DNA from: Octopus vulgaris
Lineage: Eukaryota
Length of the DNA stretch: 64,000 nt
Assembly (NCBI GenBank): GCA_951406725.2
Contig: OX597823.1
Location: forward strand, 15,934,001-15,998,000
Direction of reading: 5' to 3'
Below, one piece after another: positions 28,204 through 43,480 of this stretch. A program made the translations under genes and the position numbers. Every line of letters begins with the position of its first letter. Position 1 is the stretch's first letter. The notes under the pieces were generated by a model. The model had not been told where the DNA came from. It worked only from the letters and a program-made list of their open reading frames with translations, and made no database searches.

Positions 28204-30148
28204 GCTATAGAAAGAATTAAACTAGAACAGAAACGGCCTCCCTGGCGGGTTTCCACACAGTTTCTGTCAGACTAATTACCCCAAATTTTAAAAAAAATTG
28301 TGTGTCAGCATAAACCGGAGCTTGGTCAGTTAAATATGACTTCTTTCTTCTATTACAAAACCTCTTTTAGCTGCAACACACAAAAATGTATACACTGAAA
28401 CCTTTCAATGTTGAACAGCAACAGTAAGATCCACTGCATGCTACTATAAGCAACATTAAACAACAACAAGGATAACGACAACAACAACGACTACAACAAC
28501 GACAACATCAACGACAACAAGAGTAGCTCACCACTGTAAACAACGGTGATAGTGTAAAACTGATGTGTTGAGTTCAAATCCTTGGAGAGAGTGGGCTCAA
28601 CCGAGATGTGTTGCCCGAATGGTCTTACAAGTAGTATCTCTCTGAAATGATGAAATCATGAGCATTGATTATTGTCGTCGTCAACATAATAATTATGAAA
28701 ATGTTTTTTTAAATTAGGTACAAGGTCAGAAATTGATGAGAAGGTGGGGGTGCAATCGATTTAATCGATCTGAAAACTTGACCTCGGATCTTTTCAGTTT
28801 GGCAGCCAATTTTCAATCTTTTCAATTCCTGCTCGAATTGATTTCATATTCGGTGTAATAATATGGTTTTATATGCTACTCACTGCTTTGAAATTCAATT
28901 TCGCAATAAATCAATAGGCAAAAGAGTTATTATCTTTTAAAGTTTGAAAATTTGGGGTTAATTTTAGCCAATCATGCCTGTTTCCATAGTTACAAGCCAA
29001 ACATGAGAGCTCTTTTGTTTGTGAGATAGCACGTGTTGACAAATATATTCTACGCTGTGTTCTGCTGCTTCTGCCTGTCTGCTGTTTGTTTTCTGGTTGA
29101 GAGATGTGCTAAAAATAACAGCCAAATAGGCCTTAAATCACGCCCGCCACCCAATTTTTGTGTTGTTGTTTTTGCATAATCCTATGAATTTCCAGAAAAT
29201 TCCAAAAGATAAAAAAGTTATGAGGCATTATATTTCGTGTGTAAAGCAGAATTTGATTTATTTAGCTTGAAATTTAAACACGTCACGCACAAATTGACAG
29301 CTTGCAGATTCTGTTTTCTTACTAGGTGAAAATGATCAAATTTCAAACTTCTATAACTTAAAAAAAAAGAAATTCTGGAAAAAGAGAAATATCTCCCGAG
29401 ATTCAGATTGGAAAACTATATTAATGCGCCAAACTTTTAAATTTTCAATAAACTTTCAATTTTCGAAAATTAGCAGCCAAACTGAAGAGATGAAAAACAA
29501 AGTTGATCCTGACGGTATTCGAACTTGGAACATAAAGAACTGGAACAAACCCCACAAGTCACTTTGTCTGATGCTTTTACCATTTATACATCGTACCATT
29601 CATTCATCTTACCATTCACCCGATCCACTTCATAACTTAGGCACTAAGACAGTAATTTTGAAGGACGAGAGTTAATCGATTACACTGACACCAGATAAGT
29701 ACTTTCTTTTATCGATCAGTTAAGACTTTATTTTATCGACCCAGGAAAGATAGAGGACAGAGTAGACCGCGGCTGCAACTGAACTCAAAATATATCTACA
29801 TGATCGACATACAATAACGTAACACACGTTCCTCTATAAAAGACAACGGATACTGCACTATCAAAACCTCTTAACGCTCACACTTTACACAGCTGCCACT
29901 CATAAGGACCACTCAAATTGGACACCATGTACTATACACAATAACCAGCGGAAATATAAACAAACACCAGTTGCCAAGCAGAGGTGGGGGACAAACACAA
30001 ACACACACGCGCACACACACACACACATACACACACACACACACACGACAGGCTTCTATTCAATTTCTGTCTACCAAATTCACTAGTAACAACAACAACA
30101 ACAACAACAACAACATCAACAAAAACAATAATGATGATGATGATGATG

Positions 30149-30254
<106 letters not shown>

Positions 30255-30257
30255 TAA

Positions 30258-31460
30258 ACGACTTTACCTGCCAAGAAAAGAGGGAGGCCGTGGACTTTTA
30301 CAACTGGCATTAACAATGAAGATTGCCACAATTGGCCCAGACACTTACCTGAAAAACTCCGAGGACTGGATGTTAAAACTTGTCTCAAAACATGAAAACA
30401 AGAAAGCATCATACTCATTATCAAAACAGGCAAAGGAATATCTAAGCGAATTCCAAATACAACAAATTCCGGAATTAGACATACGAGAAACAAGCGCAGA
30501 ATTCGAACCCGTGCTAAAACTGCTGCCTTAGATATTCTGACTGATAAATGTCAAGAAAAACCTCTCAATTGCAAACACCCAAAGAGAGCGAATAATGCCA
30601 ATGTTGACAAAGCCCTGACCTATCAATAGCTAATGGCCTCTGGCTTAAAATCTGAAACAGAAGGGTTTATCATAGCAGCTCAAGATCAATGCCTAGCTAC
30701 AAGGAATTACCAACATATTAAAGAACGGTAGTATATGTCAACAACAAAATGAAACCATTGATCATGTTGTCTCCAAATGCAGTCTTCTTGTGCCTACAGA
30801 GTATCGCAACAGGCATGATAGAGCTGCACAATATATTCACTGGGTAATTTGCAAAAGCCTGGACTTGCTCCATGATAAAAACTGGTGGGAACACAAACGA
30901 CCCTCAGTGCTTGAAAATGATCACATTTCACTCCTCTGGAACTTCACCATTCAAACTGACAGAAAGATAGATGCGAATAAGCCGGACATCATATTGAAAG
31001 ACTTCAGACAAAAATCATGCCTCCTCATTGATATGACTGTCCCAATCGATATAAACGTATTTGTTAAGACCTACAAAAAACTGAGCAAATATAAAGATCT
31101 TGAAATGGAAGTTAGCAAAATGTGGAACCTGTTGTCATAGGTGCCCTGGGAATGATAACTAAAGGGGCTGATTGCTACCTAGCTCAGATACCAGGAAACC
31201 CCAAAATGGCAGAAATTCAAAAGATAGTGCTCATGAGAACTGCTCATATCCTACGCAGAATACTTTCTATGTAATTTCAAGTTTTAAAACAACATAATTT
31301 TCTTATGGTTTCTTAAACATTCTCTAGAACAACACTATGTACAAAACCAAATATATGGTACCCTAGGCATAACACCAACATGAGCTTCCAACTTGTCTCT
31401 TGAGGTCTCTGGGTCAGACTTGGAACCAACTTGTATAAATGCAAAGCAAAAGTCAAACAC
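30258..31460 (+). mobile_element. Dong/R4-type RLE LINE 3' fragment in (TAA)n
   Basis: RLYLPRKEGGRGL, LKSETEGFIIAAQDQ, ETIDHVVSKC, RHD, KPDI..CLLIDMTVP, KLSKY; flanked by (TAA)n. Confidence 0.85.
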
Positions 31461-31476
31461 AAAATAATGATGATAA

Positions 31477-31563
<87 letters not shown>

Positions 31564-31999
31564 CGTTTCTACTAAAGGCACAAGGTCAGAAATTTGGAGG
31601 AGGGGGCTAGTCGATTACATTGACCCCAATACTCAACTGGTACTCAGTTTATTGATCCCTAAAAAGAGGAAAGCCAAAGTTGACCTCGGCGGAATTTGAA
31701 CTCAAAACGTAGCGACTGGCGAAATACCGCTAAGCATTTCGTCCAGAGGGCGAACGATTCTGCCAGTTCGCCGCCTTAATAACAATAACCCTTTCTACTG
31801 TAAGCACATGGCCTGAAATTTGGGGGAAGGTATTAAGTCGATTACATCGACCCCCGTGCGTAACTGGTGCATATTTAATCGACCCGGAAAGGACGAAAGG
31901 CAAAGTCGACCTCGGCGGAATTTGGGCTCAGAATGTAAAAACGGACGAAAGGCGCTAAGCATTTCGCCGGCGAGCTAACGATTCTGCCAGCTCGCTGCC

Positions 32000-32045
<46 letters not shown>

Positions 32046-32317
32046 GGACTCTCTCATCGAAAACGACGTATGACTACCTGCACAACTGATTTGTTTCTAG
32101 TGATCAAATGTAGGTGCCGTACATGGGCTCACTCCCTCTATCAAATCGACGTTGCCTGAACAAGTGCACAGTGTACCGTATGTCAGATGTTGAGTCGATC
32201 ACAGAGCAACGTGAGATAAAGTGTTTTGTTCAATGCACCATCCGGTCTAGGAAATGAAACCACGATATCACGATCGTGAGTGTAATACCCTAGCCGCTAG
32301 GTCAAGCATCCTAAAAA

Positions 32318-32373
<56 letters not shown>

Positions 32374-32974
32374 ATAATAATAATAATAATGATTACATCG
32401 ATCCCAGGGTCTAACTGATACTTATTTTATCGGCCCCGAAAGGGATGAAAGGCGAAGTTGACCTTAGTGGAATTTGAGCTCAGAACGTAAAGATTGACGA
32501 TATACCCATTTCTTTATTGGCCACAAGGGGCTAAACACAAGGGACACAAACAAGGACAGACAAACGGATTAAGTCAATTATATCGACCCCAGTGCGTAAC
32601 TAGTACTTAATTTATCGACCTCGAAAGGATGAAAGGGAAAGTCAACCTCGGCAGAATTTGAACTCAGAACATAGCAGCAGACGAAATACCTATTTCTTTA
32701 CAACCCACAAGGGGCTAAACACAGAGAACACAAACAACGACAGACAAACGGATAAAGTCGATTATATCGACCCCAGTACGTAACTGGTACTTTTTTAATC
32801 GACCCCGAAAGGATGAAAGGTAAAGTCGACCTCGGCGGAATTTGAACTCAGAACGTAACGACAGACGAAATGCCGCTAAGCATTTCGCCCGGCGTGCTAA
32901 CGATTCTGCTAGCTTACCACCGTCGCCGCCGCCGCCGCCGCAGCAGCAGCAGTAGTAGTAGTAGTATTAGTATT

Positions 32975-33013
<39 letters not shown>

Positions 33014-33236
33014 CCTTTCTACTAAAGGTACAAGGCCTGAAATTTTGGGGGAGGAGATTAATCGATAACATCGGCCCCAGTGTTTCACAGGTATTTAATT
33101 TATCGGCCACGAAAAGATGAAAGGCAAAGTCGGCCTCAATTGAATTTGAACTCAGAGCGTGAACACGGACGTAATAAGTAGTAGTAGTAGTAGTAGTAAT
33201 GACAAGAAGAAGAAGAAGAAGAAGAAGAAGAAGAAG

Positions 33237-33267
<31 letters not shown>

Positions 33268-33409
33268 TAGGGAGCTAGTCGATTTAATCGACTCCAGTTC
33301 TCAACAGGTGCTTATTTTATCGACTCAAAGGGATGAACGATAAAGTCAACCTCGGAGGAATTTGAACTTAGAACGTAAAGACGAACAAAATAACTATTTC
33401 TTTACTAAC

Positions 33410-35990
33410 CACAAGGGGCAAATATGATTAAATTTCAATTAAATATAACATTTGATTACTTGTTTTCTTTATTCAAAATCCGGACAGAACTTATGGGATG
33501 ACCTGATATAACCGGATTGTAATACACCTGGAAAACAACAATGTTTTAGCAAAAGAATAAAAGGGATTCCGAAAGGGGATGTGTGGTTGTAAAGAGTAGC
33601 TTCTGGTAAATCGATCCATTATAGAGGACTGTAAAACGAACAAAACAAGCCTCAGCATGACTTGGATTGATTACCAGAAGGCGTTTGACAGTGTTCCTAC
33701 TCATGGCTAATGGAGTTTCTCCACACAAATAAAGTAGCTTTAACACTACTAAAATATATCAGCCAGGCAATAGCAAACTGGAAAACCAGCATAGCACTGA
33801 AAAATGAGTCGTAAATCATTAAAACCTGTCTATTAAAACCAAGGAAACTCGTTATCCCCATTATTTTTCGACCTTGCTCTGACTCCTCTAACAAACTTGT
33901 TAACTGAAACCACCATGCGTTACAGATGCTATGGACAAACTGTAAATCATCTTCTATGTATGGATGACTTTAAAATTTTCACTAAAAATACCACCGAACA
34001 GAAAAACCTTAAAATAGTCCATGGTTTCAGCAAGGACATCAAGCTGAGCATGGGGTTGGACAAGCGAATGTGCCAAAGTTACATCGAGAAGAGGCAAATT
34101 AATCGGAACTGAAAACACTGTGCTCGACATAGATACAGAAATTAGAGAATTAGACTGCAGTCGCCAATATATCTATCTACTAACAGAAGAAATAGTTAAA
34201 ATGCAACTATAGCACACAGAAATGAAAGAGAAAATTTGGAGAGAAAATTGCAGAAGAGCTAGACTAATATTAAACACTGAAATTAATGCTAAAAATACGA
34301 TAACGGGGATAAACACGCTAGCCATACCAGTCATAAATTACAGCTTCACCATAATTAACTGGAAGATTAGGGAATTAAGAAACCTAGATAGGAAAACCAG
34401 GAAACTATTAACAACATATCAGCGTACCGAAGTCATCCCCAACCTACAAAGCAGAAACGTACAGAATATATCTGCTCGGATCAGGAGGTCGTGACTTTAC
34501 ACAAATAGAAAACTGCTATAAAATAACAGCAGCTGAACTAGAAAAATATTTAGTGGACGGCTATTACATGTAGCAAAGCAAGAGGAAAGAAGAAAGCGCT
34601 TTTGGAGGAGGGGCTAGTCGATTACATTGACCCCAGTACTCAACTGGTACTCAGTTTATTGATCCCTAAAAAGAGGAAAGCCAAAGTTGACTTCGGCGGA
34701 ATTCGAACTCAAAACGTAGCGACTGGCGAAATACCGCTAAGTATTTCGTCCAGAGGGCGAACGATTCTGCCAGTTCGCCGCCTTAATAACAATAACCCTT
34801 TCTACTGTAAGCACATGGCCTGAAATTTGGGGGAAGGTATTAAGTCGATTACATCGACTCCCGTGCGTTTTATTATTTTATTATTTATTATTATTATTAT
34901 TACACAATGAGGCGACAAAATACAAACTAGACTGAAACATTGATCTCAGATGACAACACCGTAGAAGTAGTCAAAGTGACAAAAACAACATGAAAACAGA
35001 ACTACGAAATATACTAAAGGAGAAAAGAAGAGAAAAATCATTCCATGGCCAATACCATGCAAGGCTTGACAGAGAAGTTGGTAAAGGCCGACAATGGCTC
35101 AAAAGCTCTGGACTAAAAGCAGAAATGGAAGGACTGATTCTCGCTGCACAAACCAATGCCCGATCACAAACAACTATAAAAGCAAAATAATGAAAACATA
35201 CCCAAACACCAAATGCAGAATATTCAACCAGTACAATGAGACAGTTGACTACATCATCTCCGGCTGTCTAGTCCTAGCCAAAATCTGAATATATATGTAG
35301 ACATGGCCGATTAAGTAGTTATATTCACTGGGCATTATGCCAACATTACAACATAAACACTAACAAGAAATGGTATAAACATTGTAAACAAGGTACATGA
35401 CAACGACCAGGAAACAATCATCTGGGACATGCCTGTTCAAACTAACAAAAAAAAAAAAAAACAAAGCTAGTCGCCCAGACATAATTAACAAGGATTGGGG
35501 AAAAAAAAGAGACCTACCTACTGGTATACATTTCAGTCTCTTCTGACCAATACGTTGACAAAATAGAAGTGGAAAAATTGTCAAGGCACAAAGATCTCGA
35601 AATTGAAATATTCAGGATATGGAACATGAATGTGAAAACAATACCAATAATAATTAGAGCATTGGGTATGATGAAAAAAAAAGCGTATGAACAGAAATGG
35701 AGAAACTATACCTGGACCCTCAACACAAAACTCTATCCAAAAACAGCCCTGCTTGGAACAGCCCACATTCTACGCAAGACACTATCAATTCAATATTATA
35801 ACGCAAATAAAGCAATCCACAAATACAAAGTACACTCTATACAGTACTATAAACAACCCCGACAACATGTACTCTACAGGTCGGATACCCGCCAGAACAC
35901 AGCTAGCATTACACATACAACACACAATACAAACACTAATACAAAAAACGACTCAAGCTTGATTTTTTTCTTTTTGTGAGGGTGGTAACT
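33410..35990 (+). mobile_element. Degraded Dong/R4-type LINE (RT to RLE), interrupted at 34601-34900
   Basis: DYQKAFDSVP, NHLLCMDD, INTLAIPVINYSF, WLKSSGLKAEMEGLILAAQ, IPIIIRALG, HILRKTL; many frameshifts. Confidence 0.8.
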
Positions 35991-36153
35991 ACAAACTCTT
36001 TCTGGTATTGCATTCCATCAGTTTGTTTTAGTCCCCACCCTCACAAATAAATCAAGAGCACACGATGCTGCACACACCTCAGCAGTACGGTGGTGTGGCA
36101 GGTGATGCAATAGAAATTCACCAGAAACTACCAAATGGCAAATAATAATGATG

Positions 36154-36184
<31 letters not shown>

Positions 36185-36516
36185 TGATGATGATGATGAT
36201 GATGATGACAATGACGATGGTGATGATGATGATGATGGTGGTGATGATGATGATGATGATGATGATGATAATGATGATGATGATGATGATAATGATTATA
36301 ATGATTTCAAATTTTTGGCACAAGGGCAGCTTGAGGGAGGGGATTGAGTCGATTACATCGACCCCCAGTGCCTAACTGGTGCTTATTTAATCGGCCCCGA
36401 AAGAATGAAAGGCAAAGGCGACCTCGGAGGAATTTGAATTCAGAACGTAGCGACGGGCGAAATACCGCTAAGCAGTTCATCTAGCGTGCTAACGATTCTG
36501 CCAGCTCGCCGCCTTC

Positions 36517-37425
<909 letters not shown>

Positions 37426-37480
37426 CAATAATAATAATTTCAGAGACTGAGCCAAAGTTTACTATAGGATTTATACCGAC

Positions 37481-37630
37481 CTGACACCTGCAGGAATTTC
37501 CCATTTTTTGAATCATAGTCTTTCACAGAGTGTTCAAGTATGTCTAAGAGCAATTTTCCTGTTGCTTCGATGATGTCAATAGAATTTTGAAACGGTAAAG
37601 CCTCGGCTATTTGTACGTAAGTAATATTTC
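37481..37630 (-). CDS. NT5E: 5'-nucleotidase exon
   Basis: Acceptor tttaccgcag, donor gtcggt; 150 bp. Encodes NITYVQIAEALPFQNSIDIIEATGKLLLDILEHSVKDYDSKNGKFLQVS (LPF, EHSV and FLQVSG motifs). Confidence 0.92.
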
Positions 37631-38076
37631 CTGCGGTAAATGAAACAGACAAAACATTAACAATCTATAAAGGAAGACGAAACAAAATGTGTGCATTTCA
37701 ACACAATACACATTGCACAATTGATTATCAATTTGCGTTTCTACCTAAAATAATTGGTGCATTTCGTTTTGTGAGTAAATGCCTAAATTGTGAGTAAATG
37801 CCTAAGTAATAATCTCACTAAGCTGGTGTTTTCAGAAAAAGATATCAACCAGCTCTCTTGCATTTTACAAATACAATTTATAAGCGGTTTAGAAAAAATA
37901 TGCAAGACATTTCTCAAGTTCAAAATGTGAATTTGCTTTGTTTGCTTTTTTTTAAAATCTACATTTCAGTTACAGGACTTTTTTAAAACCGTCTCTTTCC
38001 TTACAAGAGGATTTCAAACAATTAAAAATAGAAGAGTCCGTGCATGCATAGTGGTTGATAAATATATTTCTATTAC

Positions 38077-38196
38077 CTGGTTCAATAGCTGATCGGACAG
38101 AACCACCATTTATTAACGAAATGGCACTTGAACTCCATGAATCTTCCCCAGAGGAATGTATGTACCAAAATACCATGGAATCTGCAATAAGGTTTC
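38077..38196 (-). CDS. NT5E: 5'-nucleotidase exon
   Basis: Acceptor ttcttctag, donor gtaata; 120 bp. Encodes NLIADSMVFWYIHSSGEDSWSSSAISLINGGSVRSAIEP (GNLIAD and NGGxxR substrate-binding motifs). Confidence 0.92.
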
Positions 38197-38335
38197 CTAG
38201 AAGAAAAGAACATCATGCAATGATTAACATTATATATATATATATGCAAAACACACACACATATATGCATACACATATGTACATATACATTTACATTATA
38301 GGAATATATATGCATACATATCCGTATATGCATCT

Positions 38336-38393
<58 letters not shown>

Positions 38394-38539
38394 TACACAC
38401 ACACACACACACACACACAATGAAGCTGTATCCCTTAATTTGCTGCTTTTATATACACATACCGACAAGAAAACTTGCAGAACAGAAATTATTTTAACGA
38501 GATACATCTTGCAATCACCTGAAAAGACACAGCTACACC

Positions 38540-38830
38540 GACGGATACTCCTAAACGTTAGAGATAGCAGCGACTCATCTCCCTGATAGGGATATGTAGA
38601 ATAACAGCGCGAGAACAGGCGCTAGTGTCGCAATTAACCAGTGAGCTTGCTAAACAAATATATATATTAGCGACAATATTAATACAAAGAAAAGGGGGTA
38701 TAAATTTTTACCTCTCGGTATTAATTCGGCCACTGTCGCCAATTGCGACAACAGCGCCTTTTCCGGCACTGTTATTCTATATATTGCTTGCGGGTAGATG
38801 AGTCACTGCTAACTCTAACGATCAAGCGTC
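38540..38830. repeat. Degenerate fold-back palindrome
   Basis: CGTTAGAGATAGCAGCGACTCATCT pairs with AGATGAGTCACTGCTAACTCTAACG; TAGAATAACAG pairs with CTGTTATTCTA; TGTCGCAATT pairs with AATTGCGACA. Confidence 0.65.
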
Positions 38831-39052
38831 CATCATTGAGAAGACCCAGGAAGGTTGATATCACGTACTCTGCTGGTCTCGGTGTTGGAGGTAGCAAGGA
38901 TATATTTCCCGCTAGCGATATAAACAAGAATGCATTTTGCACGAAATGCCAACATGAGTTTTACTCCTGATATTTACTGCTATATAGTTTATTCTAACAG
39001 AACATCTATGTTTAAATGGTGATGTATACAGACACATACATACATACATACA

Positions 39053-39109
<57 letters not shown>

Positions 39110-39113
<4 letters not shown>

Positions 39114-39345
39114 TTAAATATTTGTTGTGCAAGATTTTTTATGTGAAGTCGTGTGTTGAAACAGATATTGTTGTATTTAGGAATGGTCATTTTGCCAGTT
39201 TAGCCAATAAAAACACACGCACTATATATTTGGTGTTACTTTGCTTCAGTGTTATTTATTTTTTACATTAATCTTAATCTTATTTCGGCCATGTATAGTG
39301 CGTGTGTTTTTATTGGCTAAACTGGCAAAATGACCATTCCTAAAT

Positions 39346-39352
<7 letters not shown>
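39110..39352 (-). mobile_element. Short fold-back copy of the 3' end of the 2614-7082 Penelope family
   Basis: 39112-39290 is the reverse complement of about 6900-7080; 39294-39352 re-inverts part of it; (TA)n flanks. Confidence 0.85.
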
Positions 39353-39397
<45 letters not shown>

Positions 39398-39845
39398 GTA
39401 TGTATATATGTATATTAAAATAGGGTACATTTGGTGAAGTATTATGTGGTTTACTTTTTTACAAACGTTTGTCGTGTAAGGCCGGAACAATGCGAGAAGG
39501 TACTGTGGGATGACGTCAGCAGCTGGGTTGTTTGACCGGAAGCTGGGGCAACCGGAAGGGGCATCCGTCAGGCGTGCGCAGGCAGCGGTGAATTCGGCCT
39601 TTTCCAACGTGGGTTGTCGACGTGTGAGGACGTGGGAAGACGTCGCTAAAGGTTGGGAGCAGCAGCTGCTATCTTAGTGTTCGGGTTGGGGCTGTGTCGA
39701 AGGATCCGTTACCACCGAAGGGTCTCCACCACGCGGAAGAGAAGGTAGGTGCCTTATATTCGTATCGTGCACACACTACAATCTATTTCGGCGATTCTTA
39801 AATATTTAAATTTATATATATTTACATTTATATATATATATATAT

Positions 39846-42236
39846 AAAACAAAGTGAAGTTGTAAGATACCGCACGAGTGGAAATATATATGAAAGAAGG
39901 TTTGAAAATGCAATTTTAAAGATTTTTATTCACTTGACCGGTTTCACATTTTTAGAAAAAGATTGTGAAAAGTAAAATGTAAAGTTTTGTATAAGCTTTG
40001 TTGTGTTAAGTACGAGTTGTTACAAAAGTATTTAAATACATATATACATTCTTTGATGGTAAAAGCAGTTTACAAGAAAGTATTTAAGAAAATATTCAAC
40101 AAAAAGTATGAGGATTTCAATAAAAATCATGTTTGTTTGGTAGTATATATATACACAGAAGGAGATACAAAAATTGGAGAGAAATCAACCTGTCTTTTGG
40201 GCATTTTTTCTATTTTGTGTGTAGCTAAGAAATGTTTGCTATTTTAAGGGAGAGTGTGGGAGGTTGGTTGGGGAGGGGAGAAGGAGGTGCAATGTGGAAT
40301 TTAAAAGGATTTTTTTGTTTCTGAGCTACTCCGTCATGGTTCAGTGATTTTGGGGACTGGTCTTAGAGGTCAGACTGGTGTGAGTGTGTGTGTGTGTGTC
40401 TCTCTGCACGTCTCTATGTGTGTGTGTATATAAATGTGTTTGTGTGTGGGGTTGGTTTTTGATTGGACCCAGAGTTTATTGTGGGTCTATGTGTTTTTTT
40501 ATATTTGGTAGGATGGTGTGTGTATATGTGTGCACGTTTGTGTGTGTGTATGCGTGTTATTAATATTTGTTAGGGTGTTGTGTGTGCGCATGTGTGTATG
40601 TGTTTGTTCGTGATGCGTCTATGTGTGTTTGTGTATGTTGGTACTGAGTATGCATTTGGGTGTGTATATATATGTGTGTATGGTTTATGTAGTTTCCGTG
40701 TGTGTGTGTGTGTGCACACATGTGTATGTGTGCTGTATTTGTGAGTGATTTGTTTTGTTTGTATTGTTAGTGCAGTGTGTGTGTGTATGCGTGTGGGTGT
40801 TTGTGTGAGTGTGTCTATGTATCTTGCATTTGTCGGGGAGGTATGTGCTATTGTATGTGTGCATGCTTGTGTGTATGTGTGTTTGTGAGTGTTTGTAGTG
40901 ATTGTTAGGATTGTATTGTGTGTATATGTGTTTTTCATTTGAGTGTGTGTATGTAATTTTTTACTGAGGAACGGGCGTATTGTGTTTGTGTGTGTGTGTA
41001 CATATGTATGCATATATGCGTGTGTGTTTGTGTGGGTTGTGTTGTATTTGCGTGTTTGTGTGTGTATCTGTATATGTGTGAGTGTGTTTGAGTGAATGTG
41101 ATTTGTAATTGTCGGGGTCGTGTCTGTAGGTGTGTGCATGTACGTGTTTACGTATATGTGTATGTGTGTGTGAGTGTTGGTTATGGTTGCTAGAATCGTA
41201 TTGCAAGTGTATATATGTATGTGAATTTTGGAATGTGTGTGGGTTTGTGCTCTAGTGTGGAGATATCATGTTTGTGTGTGTGTGTGTATGTATGTGTGTG
41301 TATTTGCGTCGGAGGTTTGCATTGTTTTTGTGTGTGTGTGATTTTGTACACCTGTATGTGTTTCTGCGTGTTTGTTTTGAGTGTGTACCTGAGTATGTTG
41401 TTTAGAGTATGTTGAATTGTGGACTGTATTTTTGAATATGATTATTTTCCCTATTTATTTGTGTTTGGTCAGTGGTGTTGTCCGGGCATTGGTATATAGG
41501 GAAAACTAGAAATTTAGGGGACTTGTTTTGTGCACAGAGATCTAAGTGCCCGCTAAGTTGTATCTGTCTTGTGGTGGGATCCCTCAATTGTTGGCGGTGG
41601 GCTGTCATCCTTTCTCTGAGGGTAAGGCTCGTTTGCCTTATGTAATCTTTGTGGCACCCTTCACACATTATGGCATAAAGTAAATTCTTTGATGCGCAGG
41701 TGAAGTTATTTTTTACGACAAAAGTGTCCCGACTGGAATTTGTATGTTGTTCCTTCAATGAGGTGGATGCAAGTCCTGCAGTTGGAACGACCACATTTTT
41801 TGACAGTGGACGGTGGGCTTATGTTGGGTAATTAGGCATTGGCGAGTAGATTTTTTAGGGATTTGGGTTGTCTTTTGCTTTTTATTATTTTATGGGTTGC
41901 GAGTACATTTTTTTAGATGTGGGTGTTCTTGTATATAACTGTAGGATGTTCTTGTATATAACTGTGTAAGCTTCTGCATTTCTTGGATTGTTTGTTGAGA
42001 GATATGGGAGACTATTTAATGTACCATGAGTATGTTTCGGTTTTCGTAAGTCTTGGGTAGCAATTGTGAATGTATATATATATTTTGATACTTTTGTGAC
42101 AACTAGTACTTAACAGAACAAAGCTTATACATAGTTTTACATTTTACTTTTGACAATTTTTTTCTAAAAAGTGAAACCGGTCGAGTGAATAAACATCTTT
42201 AAACTTGCATTTTCAAACCTTCTTTCATATATATAT
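39846..42236 (-). mobile_element. 5'-truncated PLE: GIY-YIG remnant, long CA-rich 3' UTR, inverted 5' end
   Basis: 41402-41794 reads FTCASKNLLYAIMCEGCHKDYIRQTSLTLRERMTAHRQQ...HLDLC...RENNHI...PQFN. About 39884-40030 is inverted at 42090-42236. Confidence 0.85.
42146..42186 (+). ncRNA. Hammerhead-like motif with U3:A8 core variant (weak stem II)
   Basis: ACTT TTGACAA T TTTTT TCT AAAAA GT GAAA CCGG TC GAGT. The sister copy at 39932-39973 (-) has stem I ACTT/AAGT. Confidence 0.45.
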
Positions 42237-43319
42237 ACGTTGGGGAAGCTGCTGATGTTGTTGCTGCTATAAGGGTCGGCCAGACGACTCCTTTAGTTTC
42301 GAGTGGTCTCTCACTGGGCATCTGTTATGGTCCCTGCATGGGCATCCTGCTTCCGCTCGTGGTCTAGGGGTGGACAGATATTGTGTTTTATTATAAGATG
42401 ATGTTATGTGAGATACGTCCATTCATCTGGACAATGTCTCGGGAACAATCAACTTTACTCAGTCGTTAGGGCTTCAAACTTAACACTAAGCATCAACAAA
42501 ACACTCATTTGTAATACAACCGAAAAAAGAAGCCTCAATAAAGTCGTTTGAACTGTTAGATATAATAACCAGATTTTCCTCATATTTCATCCTACACTCT
42601 TAAAAGAGAACGGAATATTTCATTATAGTGACTAGATTCCGCTAAAAACACGAGATTGTAATGGCTGGAATCACTATGATCATTGATTTGTTCGATCAGA
42701 GTTAATCTGAGTTTAAACAACAGAAACAATAACAACTCATGTGTTACACAGCGCCACCACTTCTCTAAAACTGTGAATTGTATCTACTTACAGTACCTAC
42801 TTATAGTACAGATCCGATCGAGTTGGAATATTATAGACTCCTGTAAATAACTGCCTTGTGCTAATGAAATAAATTTATATTAAAAATAAAATCTTCTTCC
42901 TTGGTCGTTCGTTTAAGAATTTAATTCATGATGGTGTCAAATATTTTTTCATCTCCTTTGTAGTCCAAAATGTGGTACATTTTAATCGGCATCTCTTCAT
43001 GTCACATGACTATGGGTTTTGGTGATCATGGCCCTCCACTTTCTTCTGCCTCACACACAACCTAGAAAGTTTAGGTTGGACTTTCTGTAGCCGGTTGGCA
43101 AAGCCATCGAGTATCGTCTCCTTTCCTCACCCTGCCTTTTCTTCCTTTCAGTTTTCTAATTGTCACGGAAAGTTCAAAGATGTATCTTCTCAAATGATAT
43201 CCAAATAAAGTAAAGCTGCTGTTTCTTTTTGTCGTTAAAAAGTCTTTTTGCGGTTTCTGTTCATCTAAGAGATTTAAATTACAGAAATTTCCCGGTTTAA
43301 TAAGAATCAGTTGTTCACA

Positions 43320-43480
43320 ATCAATAACTGATAATCAACAGTTCTACATGAATAGTTGTCAACCAATATAATCCTACCAATAAGTCATGATCAATAGTCT
43401 CAATAAATAATTTTCAATTGATAAGTTACAATCAATATTTGCCAACAAATAGTAATATATCAGCGGTTTTCATTGAATAT
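43320..43480. repeat. Cryptic 14-bp-period minisatellite
   Basis: caataactgataat / caacagttctacat / gaatagttgtcaac / caatataatcctac / caataagtcatgat and so on. Confidence 0.55.

Noticed and set aside
40570-41139. 189-aa His/Thr-rich ORF
   Set aside because: Degenerate CA-rich 3' UTR of the 39846-42236 PLE.
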